A stretch of 64,000 nt of DNA from Abditibacteriaceae bacterium (GTDB lineage: Bacteria > Armatimonadota > Abditibacteriia > Abditibacteriales > Abditibacteriaceae): assembly GCA_965277285.1 (NCBI GenBank), contig OZ255721.1, forward strand, positions 2,048,001-2,112,000, read 5' to 3'. Positions 9,433-20,145 of the stretch are shown here, in pieces; the first letter of the stretch is position 1, and each line of letters opens with the position of its first letter. The notes beneath the pieces were generated by a model. That model did no database searches and was not told where the DNA came from. It saw only the letters and a program-made list of their open reading frames with translations. The translations under genes were made by a program, and so were the position numbers.

Positions 9433-11396
9433 GAGCGCATGGATTGCAACTTGTATTGCAAATCGCGCAAAGCGTCCGTGCTATTTGCGCCGCCAAAACG
9501 CGCTTCTTCGTAAAGGTCTAAAAACAACTGAGCGTCGCCTGTTTGCGGCTGCGCTGGCAGATATTCGCGCCACGTTTGTTGCGGCGGACATTTCAGGCCG
9601 CGTCGTTTCATCGCACTAACAAAGCGTTTCATCAAGCGCGCTAATTCAGCGTTGGGCTTCGTGTAAAAACGATTTCGAGTACTCGATTGGCACTTTTTCC
9701 ACCAGAACCGCGCCGCTAAAATCGCGCAGAACAAACCGATCAACAACGGCGCGGCTTGATTCAAACGTGTTTGCAAAACGAAATGCACCAGCCAATGGCG
9801 CGCGCTCATCAGGCAATCTTGCAAACTTTCGCGCAGTTTCTGGCTCCACGACAGCGAAGCGTTTTCGTGCGGAATGCCGCTGGCGGGCGTCGCTTCGACC
9901 GTCACCCAACCAACGCCTTCGATCCAGCTTTCGGCCCACGCGTGCGCGTCGCGTAAACGCACGGTTGTCAAATCGCCGTCGCTTTCGTGCGCGTAATAGC
10001 CAATCACATAGCGCGTCGGAACGTTCATGCAGCGCAGCAAAATTGCCGCAGCGGACGCGAAATACTCGCAGTGCGCGGCTTTATTTTCCAACAAAAAACT
10101 GTTGAGCGGATCGCCCTCGCCACGCGTCGTCTTCAAGCTGTATCTGTGGTGCGCTTGCAGATATTGAATAACCGCTTCGATGCGCTCGCGCGGATTTTGA
10201 TCGCTTCCCATATGCGCCGCAATCAGACGAACGCGCGCATCAATGTCCTTGGGAACCTTCAGGCAGCGCGCTTTTTCGTCGTCCGCAATTCGAGTACTCG
10301 AATCGCCAACTTCCAAGCCTGAATTCGGCAAAATTAATCGGTAATTTTGCAGCGAATCGAGCGAACGCAGCGGCGTACGGTCGTCGCGGCTCCATTCCAT
10401 TTCGCTGTCGGGCGGCGTGATAATTCCTTGCGTGTCCAACGTCGTCAGCATCAAACCGTTGTCGTCCAGATAGCGCGTGACAAGAGCGCGTCGCCCTTTG
10501 GCGCGCGGATGAAGTTCGTTGCTGTTCACGCGCTCGAAAGTACGATCACCGGCAACGGGAAGCCAACGGCCATCGCGGTAAGTGTCGAAAGTCACGGCGC
10601 GCAGATGCGGTTCATCGCCCAGGTTGCGAATCGTAACGACACGTTCGGGCGCATCGTGGTCGCCAAACGAGGAACCTAATTGCGGCGAAGTCGACAATCC
10701 CGAAGGTTGCGGCGCGGGTTTGTCTTCCAGAAAACGATTCGCCAGTTCGTTCATTTCGCTCGCATACGACATCACGCCGCGATGCAACGACGCGCCCAAC
10801 CCGACCGCGAAAAAAGCGAGAATAACACGCATCAAGCGAGGCAACGAAATCTTGTTCTGCTTTCTTTGCGCGGCACCAAACGGCGCGCTACGCAAAGCGT
10901 TCAAAGCGAAAACGAGCAAGCAGAAATAAAGTGGCACCAGAACTTTGAGATAACTGGTTTCATAAGTCGCGCCACCAGCAGCCATCACCAAACCCGAAAG
11001 AAAAACGCCGACTTCACAGCGCGAGCCGCCCCACATTTCGCGCAGCCACGCCAGAACCGTGATTTCACAGGCCGCCATCGCGCCCACAATCGGCAACAAA
11101 AACAAAGGTGAACCATCGCCGATTTCAGAGCGCAAACGCCCGATTGTCAACAAAATCACCAGTCCAAAAAGCACAACTCGCAGCGCTTTGATTTCGCGCG
11201 AACGCGCATCAAAGCGTATTCGCACCAACTGACTTGTAACGAGAGCGACACCCAAGAACGGCAACAAAATGGAGCGGTTTTCGGACAGCCACAATGCGAC
11301 AAAGGACACCAACGTCGCGCCAGTCAACGAAAATGGCAGACGAGACGTTTCGCTTATCGGAAGCGGCGCGGTTCGAGTACTCGAAAAGGAAGTCAT
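9429..11396 (-). CDS. Membrane transglutaminase-like protein (TgpA/DUF3488-like, DUF4129-like tail)
   Basis: N-terminal TMs, HCEYFASA catalytic Cys, DAHAWAE His, GWVTVEATP, C-terminal LYEEARFG. Confidence 0.9.
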   Translation of the reverse strand: MTSFSSTRTAPLPISETSRLPFSLTGATLVSFVALWLSENRSILLPFLGVALVTSQLVRIRFDARSREIKALRVVLFGLVILLTIGRLRSEIGDGSPLFLLPIVGAMAACEITVLAWLREMWGGSRCEVGVFLSGLVMAAGGATYETSYLKVLVPLYFCLLVFALNALRSAPFGAAQRKQNKISLPRLMRVILAFFAVGLGASLHRGVMSYASEMNELANRFLEDKPAPQPSGLSTSPQLGSSFGDHDAPERVVTIRNLGDEPHLRAVTFDTYRDGRWLPVAGDRTFERVNSNELHPRAKGRRALVTRYLDDNGLMLTTLDTQGIITPPDSEMEWSRDDRTPLRSLDSLQNYRLILPNSGLEVGDSSTRIADDEKARCLKVPKDIDARVRLIAAHMGSDQNPRERIEAVIQYLQAHHRYSLKTTRGEGDPLNSFLLENKAAHCEYFASAAAILLRCMNVPTRYVIGYYAHESDGDLTTVRLRDAHAWAESWIEGVGWVTVEATPASGIPHENASLSWSQKLRESLQDCLMSARHWLVHFVLQTRLNQAAPLLIGLFCAILAARFWWKKCQSSTRNRFYTKPNAELARLMKRFVSAMKRRGLKCPPQQTWREYLPAQPQTGDAQLFLDLYEEARFGGANSTDALRDLQYKLQSMRS

Positions 11397-11415
11397 AAGC
11401 GTAGTTCCCGAAAGC

Positions 11416-11528
11416 CAGCGAATAAATTCGCCGCCAGAGAAAGGTGTTGGGCTAAACCCGACGCGATTGCAATTTGTGTTGTGTCAACGAAGGTTGACAC
11501 CTTTTTCTGGCGGCGAATTTATTCGCTG
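11416..11528. repeat. Intergenic inverted repeat, GCGAATAAATTCGC-type REP doublet
   Basis: CAGCGAATAAATTCGCCGCCAGAGAAAGGTGT ... ACACCTTTTTCTGGCGGCGAATTTATTCGCTG (1 mismatch in 32). Confidence 0.8.
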
Positions 11529-12926
11529 TCACAAACAATTCACCCCGCTTTCAAACTGTGCGCGATTGATAACGGTGCAATTATTCAGGTTTTCCAAAGA
11601 AAGCGAAGGCGCGCCGTCGCGCACGATAATTGTTTTGACGAAAGCGCCATCACGTTGCAGTTGATGGATGAAGTCGCGGCGCGCTTCGTCCCAATCGAGC
11701 AGCAGGCAAATCGTGGTGGAGGCGATTTTCCCTGTACTTTGCAGCGCCGCAGACAACTCTTGAAAGTGCGATTGCGGCGCGCTTTGAACGCTCGCTAAAC
11801 AATCGAGAATGGCGTCGCGCTGCGATGTGTTCGGTTCTGCGTCGAGGTGTAAAAGGTGGGCGCCCGCCGCGAACAGTTCAACGACAAAGTTTTCGCGCGC
11901 CATAAAATTGGTGACCGCCGCGCACAACGAAACCGCGCGCTCGAAGTCATCGTTTGGTGCAGAAGAAGTTGAAGATCGAAAAAGTTGCGCCAGAGAAAAC
12001 GGTGTTTTTGTCGTGGCAATATGCGTGTCGAGGATGATATTGGCGCGCGGCCAGCGTTCGTGACACATTTCGCGCACCACGGTTTTTTGCAAACGCGCCG
12101 TCGCGCGCCAATTGATGTCGCGCCGCGAATCGCCGTCGCGCCATTCGCGGTTGCCCAACAGTTCAAACGAATCGCCAACGCACGACGGCTGGGCAACGCC
12201 GTTCCACGCGCTCTGGTTCGACGGCAATTCAAGACTTTGCAAGGGCGCAAAACGTGGCAAAACCAACAACGCGGTTTCGCTTTTGAAACTTTGGCGCGTG
12301 CGCAACAAGCCAAAAGGAAAATCGCTTTCGACGCTCCAGCCGCGTATGACGTAAATGCCACGTCGCGCACATTTTAAGCTCAATTGTCCGCGCCAGGTTT
12401 CCCCAGCAGATAAAGGCGCGACAATCAAGCCGTGCAGTGGCGACGCTTCCACTTCGCGCGGTAATCGAAAAGGCACGACGCACAGTTCGCCGTTGCGCCG
12501 CGCGGCTGTGATTTCGATTTCAACTGGCAAGGTTTCACCGGCGCTGATGCGCGTCGCGTAACGGGTTTGCAGCGCGACACGCGGACGACGGCGTGACAAC
12601 AACGCGGCCAAAAACCACAACGACGCGGCATACAGAAACGCTGGATAAAACTGCAATTCCAGCGAAGAGGCGCCCGACAATCCAAATACCAACGTCGCGC
12701 CCAGCAGCCAGCGTCCAGCCCGCGTGAAACGTTCGAGATACCAGTTTCCCAACGCCTGCAGCAACGCGTTATTCCACAAGGCGCGCGATGCCTTTCGAGT
12801 ACTCGATAGCGGGTTTTGCGTCTTTGTTCTTAGAATTTGTAACTTTGGTTTTTGAGTTTTGACGCGGCGCCATGTCGTGGGCTGAACACGGCGGAAGAAA
12901 GGGCGAAGCGAACGAGCATTGGACAT
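11529..12926 (-). CDS. DUF58 domain protein (MoxR partner)
   Basis: RRG.Y, DFPFGL, REWRDGDSRRDINWRATAR, FERAVSLCAA motifs. Confidence 0.9.
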   Translation of the reverse strand: MSNARSLRPFFRRVQPTTWRRVKTQKPKLQILRTKTQNPLSSTRKASRALWNNALLQALGNWYLERFTRAGRWLLGATLVFGLSGASSLELQFYPAFLYAASLWFLAALLSRRRPRVALQTRYATRISAGETLPVEIEITAARRNGELCVVPFRLPREVEASPLHGLIVAPLSAGETWRGQLSLKCARRGIYVIRGWSVESDFPFGLLRTRQSFKSETALLVLPRFAPLQSLELPSNQSAWNGVAQPSCVGDSFELLGNREWRDGDSRRDINWRATARLQKTVVREMCHERWPRANIILDTHIATTKTPFSLAQLFRSSTSSAPNDDFERAVSLCAAVTNFMARENFVVELFAAGAHLLHLDAEPNTSQRDAILDCLASVQSAPQSHFQELSAALQSTGKIASTTICLLLDWDEARRDFIHQLQRDGAFVKTIIVRDGAPSLSLENLNNCTVINRAQFESGVNCL

Positions 12927-13034
12927 CTTTTTCCTCGAAACGCAAAGTAGCAACGGCGTTTGAAGAAAAGGTTACGCGCGATGAAAAACGCTGTCCGCCT
13001 TTTGAAGGACGTGGCAAAAGCACTTGAGTGCGTG

Positions 13035-13124
13035 ATTACGAACCCGAAGCGTTAGCGACGGGCTTACGTAACAGTCGTATAAAACTATAATTTAAGCCCG
13101 TCGCTGACGCTTCGGGTTCGTAAT
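13035..13124. repeat. Inverted repeat, ACGAACCCGAAGCG-type REP doublet; probable terminator of glgA
   Basis: 32-bp arms with 1 mismatch abutting the glgA stop codon. Confidence 0.8.
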
Positions 13125-14929
13125 TACACTGCGTGCGAGCGTTTATTGCGCAAAGCGTGTTCGTAAACCAGCACGTATTGGCGCGCGGCGTCGCTCCACA
13201 GGAATTCTTGCGCCATCGCTTGCCGACGCAGTTGCGCGATGTGATGCGGACGGTCGAACCAGGTCGCCACCGCCCAGCCAATGGTAAAATACAGCGCGCC
13301 GCTTGACACGTCCCAAAATTTGAAACCGGTTCCCGCGCCAGTCGCTTCATCGTAATTGTGAACCGTGTCGTCCAAACCGCCGGTCGCGCGCACAATCGGG
13401 AGCGTGCCGTATTTCATCGAGTAACTTTGATTCAAACCGCACGGTTCATACAGCGACGGCATCAAAAAGAAATCGCTGCCCGCTTCGACCAGATGACTTA
13501 GTTCGTTGGAGAAACCGATGAAACTTCCCGCCCGCCCAGGAAAAGTCGCGGTCAGCCAGTGGAAAAATTCTTCGGTCGCTTTGTCGCCGGTTCCCAGCAC
13601 CACGACTTGCATTTCCATATTGGAAAGCGCGCCAGGAAGAGCCTCGCGCAATAAATCGAACCCTTTTTGAGCCGCAAAGCGCGACACGATGCCAAAAACT
13701 GGCAAGTCGGGTCGCTGTTCCAGACCAAAACGTTTTTGAAGTTCGGCTTTGCAAGCGGCTTTGCCGGACAAGTCGCGGTCATCGTAAGTGGCGGGAATCA
13801 ATTTATCGGTTTCTGGATTCCAATGTTCGTAATCGACACCATTTAAGATGCCGCAGAAATCGGCGCGGCGGCTGTTGAGATAAGGCGCCAAACCTTGACC
13901 GCCAATTGGCCCCAGCAATTCCCAGGCGTGCGTCGGCGAAACGGTCGTGATGCCGTCGGCGAAGTGAATGCCCGCTTTGAGCAAGTTCAGGCGGCCAAAG
14001 TTCTCGAAAATATCGGGACGAAAGTACTCGCCGCCAACGCCGATATAAGGAAAAACGCTGGAGTCGTAAACGCCTTGATAACCGATGTTGTGAATCGTCA
14101 AAATGCTCGCCGTGCGCGACAACGGCGACAAAACGCTGTCCCACGTTTTCAGAAAAACCGGCACCATGGCGCTCATCCAGTCATGCGCGTGCATGATGTC
14201 GGGGATGAAATCAAAGTCCTTGCACAATTGCAGCGCCGCCTTAGAAAGCAAGGCGTAGCGAAACGCGTTGTCGAGATATTCGCCGGACGGCTCGTCGTAA
14301 ATGCCGCTGCGACCGAAAAAACGCTCGTACTCGATGAACCAGACCGGAACTTCGCCATCCAGCATCGCATGGTAAACGCCGACCCAGTTTTCTTCGCCCT
14401 GACCCATGTGAACGCAACTCGAACCGACCTGTTGAATGTTGTACTTGGCGCGATCAATCGAGCGATAAAGCGGCATCACGATGCGCACGTCATGTCCCAA
14501 TCGGCGCAAGGCTTTGGGCAACGCCGCTACGACATCGGCCAGACCGCCGGTTTTAGCAAAAGGCGCGCATTCCGACGAAACGAACAACACTTTCAAGGCC
14601 GAGTTAGCAGACGAAGCGCCGCCGTTCGAGTACTCGATTGGTGTCGCAGCAATCGTGGGCGATGAAGAAACCGCTTTCTTCGGCGTGCGAACGCGTGGCA
14701 TTTTTGCGGGCACAACGCTTGGCGATGTCGCGCTTGGCGGCACAACGCTTTGCGGTATTGTCGCTTGCGTCGCTTCGGTTGTCGAAATGGTGGCGACGCG
14801 GCGCGCGCGACGTTTGGGCGCTTCAGAGAGCGTTGTATCGGTTTCGGGCGCCGATTGTGTCATCGACGGTACCACACTTGTTTGCTTGAGTGGTTTTTGC
14901 GAGGCTATTTCTTCGCCTGAGGCCATCAT
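13124..14929 (-). CDS. glgA: Glycogen synthase (GT5) with low-complexity N-terminal extension
   Basis: KTGGLADV, HAHDW, TIHN.GYQG, RFAAQKG, PSLYEPCGLNQ motifs. Confidence 0.95.
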   Translation of the reverse strand: MMASGEEIASQKPLKQTSVVPSMTQSAPETDTTLSEAPKRRARRVATISTTEATQATIPQSVVPPSATSPSVVPAKMPRVRTPKKAVSSSPTIAATPIEYSNGGASSANSALKVLFVSSECAPFAKTGGLADVVAALPKALRRLGHDVRIVMPLYRSIDRAKYNIQQVGSSCVHMGQGEENWVGVYHAMLDGEVPVWFIEYERFFGRSGIYDEPSGEYLDNAFRYALLSKAALQLCKDFDFIPDIMHAHDWMSAMVPVFLKTWDSVLSPLSRTASILTIHNIGYQGVYDSSVFPYIGVGGEYFRPDIFENFGRLNLLKAGIHFADGITTVSPTHAWELLGPIGGQGLAPYLNSRRADFCGILNGVDYEHWNPETDKLIPATYDDRDLSGKAACKAELQKRFGLEQRPDLPVFGIVSRFAAQKGFDLLREALPGALSNMEMQVVVLGTGDKATEEFFHWLTATFPGRAGSFIGFSNELSHLVEAGSDFFLMPSLYEPCGLNQSYSMKYGTLPIVRATGGLDDTVHNYDEATGAGTGFKFWDVSSGALYFTIGWAVATWFDRPHHIAQLRRQAMAQEFLWSDAARQYVLVYEHALRNKRSHAV

Positions 14930-14976
14930 AAAAATCTTTCCCGTTGGGTGGAGATAATGAATGCTGTCTGCCCTGA

Positions 14977-15897
14977 TTACATCGTCCAGGGTTTGGCGTG
15001 TCGATCATAATCGTCGGCCCACGAACGCTGCAATGACAGCAATTCATCTTGAATGCCAGCAGGCAACGGCGCGGGATTTCCCGAAGTTGCATCCAACAAT
15101 TCTTGCAGATTTTCCGGGCGGCTGGTGGCGCCAACAGTCGCGCGCACTTGCGGGATGCCAAAAGCGTAGCGCACGCAGAACTCCGCCCAATCCTTGCAGC
15201 CGGAACGCTCGAAAATCGGCGCGACTTGAACCGCGCGCGGCTGCATATAATCGCGCGTCGCTCCGGCAACATCGCGCTGGCGGTGAACATCGCCGCCGCC
15301 GACGGTGCGTATGGCGACAATCGGATAATTGCGTTCTTGAATCAAGTCGAACAATTCGTTGGAAACCAAACGTTGCAGCGGATTAAGGTAAAAAATGCAG
15401 GCGTCAATGCGGCCTTCCAGATGACCGCCGCGCAAAGCGTCCAGCACCACATCCGAATTCCACGGCCACGCTTCTATCACAAAACGTTCGACCAGACCTT
15501 CGTCTTGCAAGCGGCGAAAACCGTCGTAGCAGGCGCCGCCGCTGCGCAACTCGTCCGCAATTGGTTCGCCCAGACACAATTGTCCAATCGCCATTTTTTG
15601 CAAGCCCAACGGTTCCAAATTCTGCCGAATCACGTCGCGGATTTCGTCCATCGAACTCCAACCGATTTTGAAGATGGCGGGAGGAACGTGCGCGCGATCC
15701 TCATCGTAGGCGGCGCGCAAAACGCGAAACGCATCGCCATAAGTGTGGCTGGTGTGAAACCAGACACCGGCGTTCATCGCGTCGCGGGCGATTTGAACAC
15801 GCTCGTCAAAGGCGATGGATTCTTCGCCCAAGCGTCCCGTACCGTAAATGTAGCGAGAAAGGCCAAAAAGCGGCGTCGCGGATGGTGCAAAAGTCAT
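14977..15897 (-). CDS. Divergent aldo/keto reductase-fold protein
   Basis: YGTGRLG, GVWFHTSHTYG, VGATSRPENLQE resemble AKR motifs, but the canonical catalytic Asp and His are not retained. Confidence 0.7.
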   Translation of the reverse strand: MTFAPSATPLFGLSRYIYGTGRLGEESIAFDERVQIARDAMNAGVWFHTSHTYGDAFRVLRAAYDEDRAHVPPAIFKIGWSSMDEIRDVIRQNLEPLGLQKMAIGQLCLGEPIADELRSGGACYDGFRRLQDEGLVERFVIEAWPWNSDVVLDALRGGHLEGRIDACIFYLNPLQRLVSNELFDLIQERNYPIVAIRTVGGGDVHRQRDVAGATRDYMQPRAVQVAPIFERSGCKDWAEFCVRYAFGIPQVRATVGATSRPENLQELLDATSGNPAPLPAGIQDELLSLQRSWADDYDRHAKPWTM

Positions 15898-16014
15898 GAG
15901 CGTGTCTCTTTAACCAAAATGGATAGTCGCAGTATAATGTGTCTTACGGCCATTTTACTATAGCGAACTTTTTCGGCGAAAAAGCACCGAAGTCTTAGCA
16001 TATCGGCACATATC

Positions 16015-16087
16015 GTAGGGGTTTGGCGTGCCAAGCCCGCGTTGAACAATCGGCGATGCGCTTGGGCTTGGCACGCCAAACCCCTAC
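16015..16087. repeat. GTAG-type REP doublet
   Basis: Perfect 24-bp arms GTAGGGGTTTGGCGTGCCAAGCCC / GGGCTTGGCACGCCAAACCCCTAC. Confidence 0.85.
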
Positions 16088-16197
16088 AAATGCCGAAAAC
16101 TTTGATACGACTATTAAGCTATTTCAAACAGCTACTTCAACAGCGCCTGTTGCAAGATTACTCGCATCGAGTACTCGATAGGAACAAAAGGAACATT

Positions 16198-19100
16198 ATG
16201 CAGCGCATTCAAGATTTTTCCTGGCGCGAATTTCACATTTCGCGCACCAGCCGCGATAAGTATCAAGTCGACGGTTTGCTGTTCGCCTCCAGTGGCAACG
16301 TGCTGCTGGCCAATTTTGGCGCGGCGCGACTCTTAGCGCAGAAGATGAACGCGTGCCGCGACTTGATTCAATTTCCCGAAACCGCCGTCAAAGCCTCGCA
16401 CATCAACGCGATGGGTTTGCTCGATGAAGTTCTGCACTTCGTCGTCGCGCGCTACCGCGAAGAACGCAATCCGCAAGCGATGAGCGCCGCCTTGTCCTGG
16501 CTCGATTCGCATCTGGGCGCCGTCGCCGTTGATCGCGCGTTGCTGCGCTTTAGCGAAGAATTTCCGCCGCTGGCGGTTGCTCAAGGCGAAATGACGCCCC
16601 TCGAATACTCGAAAGCCTTGACCGACGGCGTTTCCAATCGGGAAATCGCGCTCGAAGAAATGATGATGTTGTGGCTGTCGAATCTCAATCCGGCGCTGCA
16701 GCCGTTCGGCGAATTGTTCGACGATTCAGGTTTGGAAACCACCGCTTACAAGCCGCTGATGAGCAGCCTGCGCGCGTTTTTCGCCACGCAGCCGACCTTT
16801 GGGCCGGACAACCAGAACCTGATTGACCTGCTGCGCGCTCCGGCTCTGGCCAATCCCGATTCGATTTTCGCACAACTTGAATACATTTTGGGACGTTGGG
16901 GCACGTTGGCGCCAGCATTTTTGCAGCGTTTGTTGTCGAGCCTCGATTTCATCCGCGAAGACGAAAAAGCCGGTTTCACGGGACATGGCCCGTCGCAAGT
17001 CCCGACTTTTGGTGTGGGTTCGAGTACTCGAAGTGGTTCGAGCGTTGGCCTGGACGAACCGGAACGTTTCAGCGAAGACCGCGAATGGATGCCGCGCGCC
17101 GTTTTGATGGCAAAAAACGCGTACGTCTGGCGCGATCAATTGACCAAGAAATATGGTCGCCCGATTCGCACACTGGATCAAATTCCCGATGAAGAATTGG
17201 ATGCTTTATCGGCGCAAGGCTTCACCGGTTTGTGGCTGATCGGTTTGTGGGAGCGCAGCGTCGCCTCGCAGCGCATCAAGCAAATGTGCGGCAACGAAGA
17301 CGCGGTTGCGTCCGCCTATTCGCTGTACGATTACGAAATCGCGCACGATCTGGGCGGCGAAGCGGCGATGCACAATTTGCGCGAGCGCGCCGGAAGTCGC
17401 GGCGTGCGCATGGCTTCCGACATGGTTCCCAACCACATGGCGATAGATTCGCGCTGGGTGATGGAACATCCCGACTGGTTCCTTTCGCTCGACCATCCGC
17501 CGTTTCCGACTTACACTTTCAACGGCGCCGATTTATCGCAAGACGAGCGCATCGGCATTTATTTGGAAGATCATTACTATTCCAAGAGCGACGCGGCGGT
17601 CGTTTTCAAGCGCGTTGACCGTTGGACGGGCGACACCAAATACATTTATCACGGCAACGACGGCACCACGATGCCATGGAACGACACGGCGCAGTTGAAT
17701 TATCTGCGTCACGACGTGCGCGAAGCGGTCGTCCAAACGATTTTGCACGTCGCGCGACAGTTCCCGATCATTCGTTTCGACGCCGCCATGACATTGGCCA
17801 AGCGGCATTATCAACGATTGTGGTTTCCGCAGCCTGGAACCGGCGGCGCCATTCCTTCGCGCGCCGAACATGGACTGGATGCGGATGCCTTCAACGAAGC
17901 GTTTCCCGAAGAATTCTGGCGCGAAGTCGTCGACAGAGTGGCGGCAGAAGCGCCCGACACTTTGCTTTTGGCCGAAGCGTTCTGGATGATGGAAGGTTAT
18001 TTCGTGCGCACGCTGGGAATGCACCGCGTTTATAATAGCGCGTTTATGAACATGATGCGCGACGAAGAAAACCTGAAATATCGCCTGGTGTTGAAGAACA
18101 CGCTGGAGTTCGATCCCGATATTTTGAAGCGCTACGTCAACTTCATGAACAATCCCGACGAAGACACCGCAGTCGAGCAATTCGGCAAAGACGGCAAATA
18201 CTTCGGCGTCTGCACCATGATGGCAACGCTTCCCGGCCTGCCAATGTTCGGGCACGGGCAATTGGAAGGTTTCGCGGAAAAATACGGCATGGAATATCAG
18301 CGCGCGTATTGGGACGAAACGCCGGACGCGCAACTTCTAAGTCGTCACGAACGCGAGATTTTCCCGTTGCTCAAGCGCCGCCACATCTTCGCCGAAGCGC
18401 ACAACTTTTTGCTGTACGATTTCTGGACGGGTGATGGCGGCGTCAACGAAGACGTTTTCGCGTACTCGAATCGCAGCGGAGACGAACGCGCGCTCGTCAT
18501 TTTCCACAACAAATACGCGAGCGCGGCGGGCTGGATTCGCACTTCAGCCGGAAGCGCGCGCAAACATGCCGATGGGCAAAAACATATCGAGCAGAAAACT
18601 TTGGGCGATGGCTTGAGTTTGAGTCATGATGCCAATCGTTTCACAATTTTCCGCGACAACGTGAGCGGCCTGGAATACATTCGTTCGAGTACTCAATTGT
18701 GCGAGAAGGGCTTGTATGTCGAACTGGGCGCGTATGAATCGCACGTCTTTCTCGATTTCCGCGAAGTCGAGGACAGCGTGGAACGGCACTACGAAAAGCT
18801 GGCGACGGCGCTCGATGGTCGCGGCGTGCCCAACATCGGAACGGCGTTGCGCGAATTGGCCTTGCAGCCGGTTCACAAGCCATTCACAACCTTGCTGAAC
18901 GCCGATTTGTTGCGTCGCCTGATCGGGACAAAAACGGAAAAACCCGCAACGCGCGCCAAAACCGCTGGTGTCACGGCAGCAGCGCAACGTGAAAGCGCGT
19001 TGGTTGAAGTCGAAAGTGGCACGCGTTTTCTGGTGCGCGCGATTCGCGTTCATCAAGGCGCCATGATGGATTTGTCCATCAACGGCAAATCGAGCGAAGA

Positions 19101-19857
19101 CATTGTGGCGCAGGCCGTCCGCGAAAATGTCGAAGCGACTTTGCAAATCGAGAAACTGACGCGCGGCAAAGTCGGGACGTATTTGCAATCGCAATTGACC
19201 GAAGCACATTGGGGTGCGCTGCTCGCTTTGGCCGTCGTCAAAGAATTGGGACGCATTCCGCATCCTGTGTCACCAAGCGCGCCAACGCCGCAAACCGCAA
19301 CTGCAGCAGTAAAATCGCCAACGGCCAGTGTAAAAAGCGCGAAGCAGGAAGCGCTAACAACGGAAACTTCGCCCATCGAGTACTCGAATGACGCGACGCA
19401 AAGCGCAACCACCGACACGATGCAAAGTCGCGCCGCTATTGACGAACTGCTGTTAAATACTCCGATTACGGCAACTTTGCGCGAACTTGGCGCGACACAT
19501 TCGGACGCCGAACGCGCGGTCGAAGCGATCAAAACCCTGACTTCGCTCAGCACGCAATTGCCAGTCACAAGCGAAAACGCAATGCGCGCATTGTTGACAC
19601 ACGCTTTCGTGGACGAAGACGCGCGCCGTTTTCTGGGCGTCAATCGTTACGACGAAGTGTGGTATTTCAACCGCGAAAGTTTCGATCAATTGTTGTGGTG
19701 GCTTTTCGCCGCGAACGCAGCGTCGTTGAGCAACACATTGAGCGAAGAAACCGCCGCTTCACTGGCAAACTTGCACGCGCTGATTCCCACGCTGCACAAA
19801 CAAGCGCAAGCCGCTGGTTTCCAAGTCGAACCTTTCGTGGATGGACTGAAAATTTGA
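16198..19857 (+). CDS. Large GH13 alpha-amylase-family glycoside hydrolase
   Basis: DMVPNH, IRFDAAM (nucleophile), LAEAFW (acid/base), NNPDE; AAGGA RBS before ATG 16198. Confidence 0.9.
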   Translation: MQRIQDFSWREFHISRTSRDKYQVDGLLFASSGNVLLANFGAARLLAQKMNACRDLIQFPETAVKASHINAMGLLDEVLHFVVARYREERNPQAMSAALSWLDSHLGAVAVDRALLRFSEEFPPLAVAQGEMTPLEYSKALTDGVSNREIALEEMMMLWLSNLNPALQPFGELFDDSGLETTAYKPLMSSLRAFFATQPTFGPDNQNLIDLLRAPALANPDSIFAQLEYILGRWGTLAPAFLQRLLSSLDFIREDEKAGFTGHGPSQVPTFGVGSSTRSGSSVGLDEPERFSEDREWMPRAVLMAKNAYVWRDQLTKKYGRPIRTLDQIPDEELDALSAQGFTGLWLIGLWERSVASQRIKQMCGNEDAVASAYSLYDYEIAHDLGGEAAMHNLRERAGSRGVRMASDMVPNHMAIDSRWVMEHPDWFLSLDHPPFPTYTFNGADLSQDERIGIYLEDHYYSKSDAAVVFKRVDRWTGDTKYIYHGNDGTTMPWNDTAQLNYLRHDVREAVVQTILHVARQFPIIRFDAAMTLAKRHYQRLWFPQPGTGGAIPSRAEHGLDADAFNEAFPEEFWREVVDRVAAEAPDTLLLAEAFWMMEGYFVRTLGMHRVYNSAFMNMMRDEENLKYRLVLKNTLEFDPDILKRYVNFMNNPDEDTAVEQFGKDGKYFGVCTMMATLPGLPMFGHGQLEGFAEKYGMEYQRAYWDETPDAQLLSRHEREIFPLLKRRHIFAEAHNFLLYDFWTGDGGVNEDVFAYSNRSGDERALVIFHNKYASAAGWIRTSAGSARKHADGQKHIEQKTLGDGLSLSHDANRFTIFRDNVSGLEYIRSSTQLCEKGLYVELGAYESHVFLDFREVEDSVERHYEKLATALDGRGVPNIGTALRELALQPVHKPFTTLLNADLLRRLIGTKTEKPATRAKTAGVTAAAQRESALVEVESGTRFLVRAIRVHQGAMMDLSINGKSSEDIVAQAVRENVEATLQIEKLTRGKVGTYLQSQLTEAHWGALLALAVVKELGRIPHPVSPSAPTPQTATAAVKSPTASVKSAKQEALTTETSPIEYSNDATQSATTDTMQSRAAIDELLLNTPITATLRELGATHSDAERAVEAIKTLTSLSTQLPVTSENAMRALLTHAFVDEDARRFLGVNRYDEVWYFNRESFDQLLWWLFAANAASLSNTLSEETAASLANLHALIPTLHKQAQAAGFQVEPFVDGLKI

Positions 19858-19866
19858 GTGATTGAA

Positions 19867-19928
19867 AGCAGACAAACGAAAGAGCCTTCGCTTAACCAGA
19901 TGAGCGAAGGCTCTTTTGTTTGTCTGCT
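19867..19928. terminator. Long hairpin after the GH13 gene, probable terminator
   Basis: AGCAGACAAACGAAAGAGCCTTCGCT ... AGCGAAGGCTCTTTTGTTTGTCTGCT. Confidence 0.7.
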
Positions 19929-19951
19929 CCAAGTTGTCACCTTTCGTAAAA

Positions 19952-20068
19952 CCCGCCCCTAAAGGAGCGGGCTGAGTATAAAGCCCCATAAATAGGGCTG
20001 CAAAGTTTCCTCTCAGCCCCATTCATGGGGCTTTTAACTGGTTAGCCCACTCGTTCACGGGTGGGCGG
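19952..20068. repeat. Compound REP-like palindromic element
   Basis: Inner IR AAAGCCCCATAAATAGGGCTG / CAGCCCCATTCATGGGGCTTT (2 mismatches), flanked by two further small hairpins. Confidence 0.6.
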
Positions 20069-20145
20069 AAATAAGTCACAATACGGATTGTTTATACAAT
20101 CGAGTACTCGATCATCCCAAGTAGAATCCTGCTCGTGAAACAAAC

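Noticed and set aside
16042..16197. N-terminal extension of the GH13 ORF
   Set aside because: It runs through a REP doublet and a 12-mer; a better RBS and ATG are at 16198.
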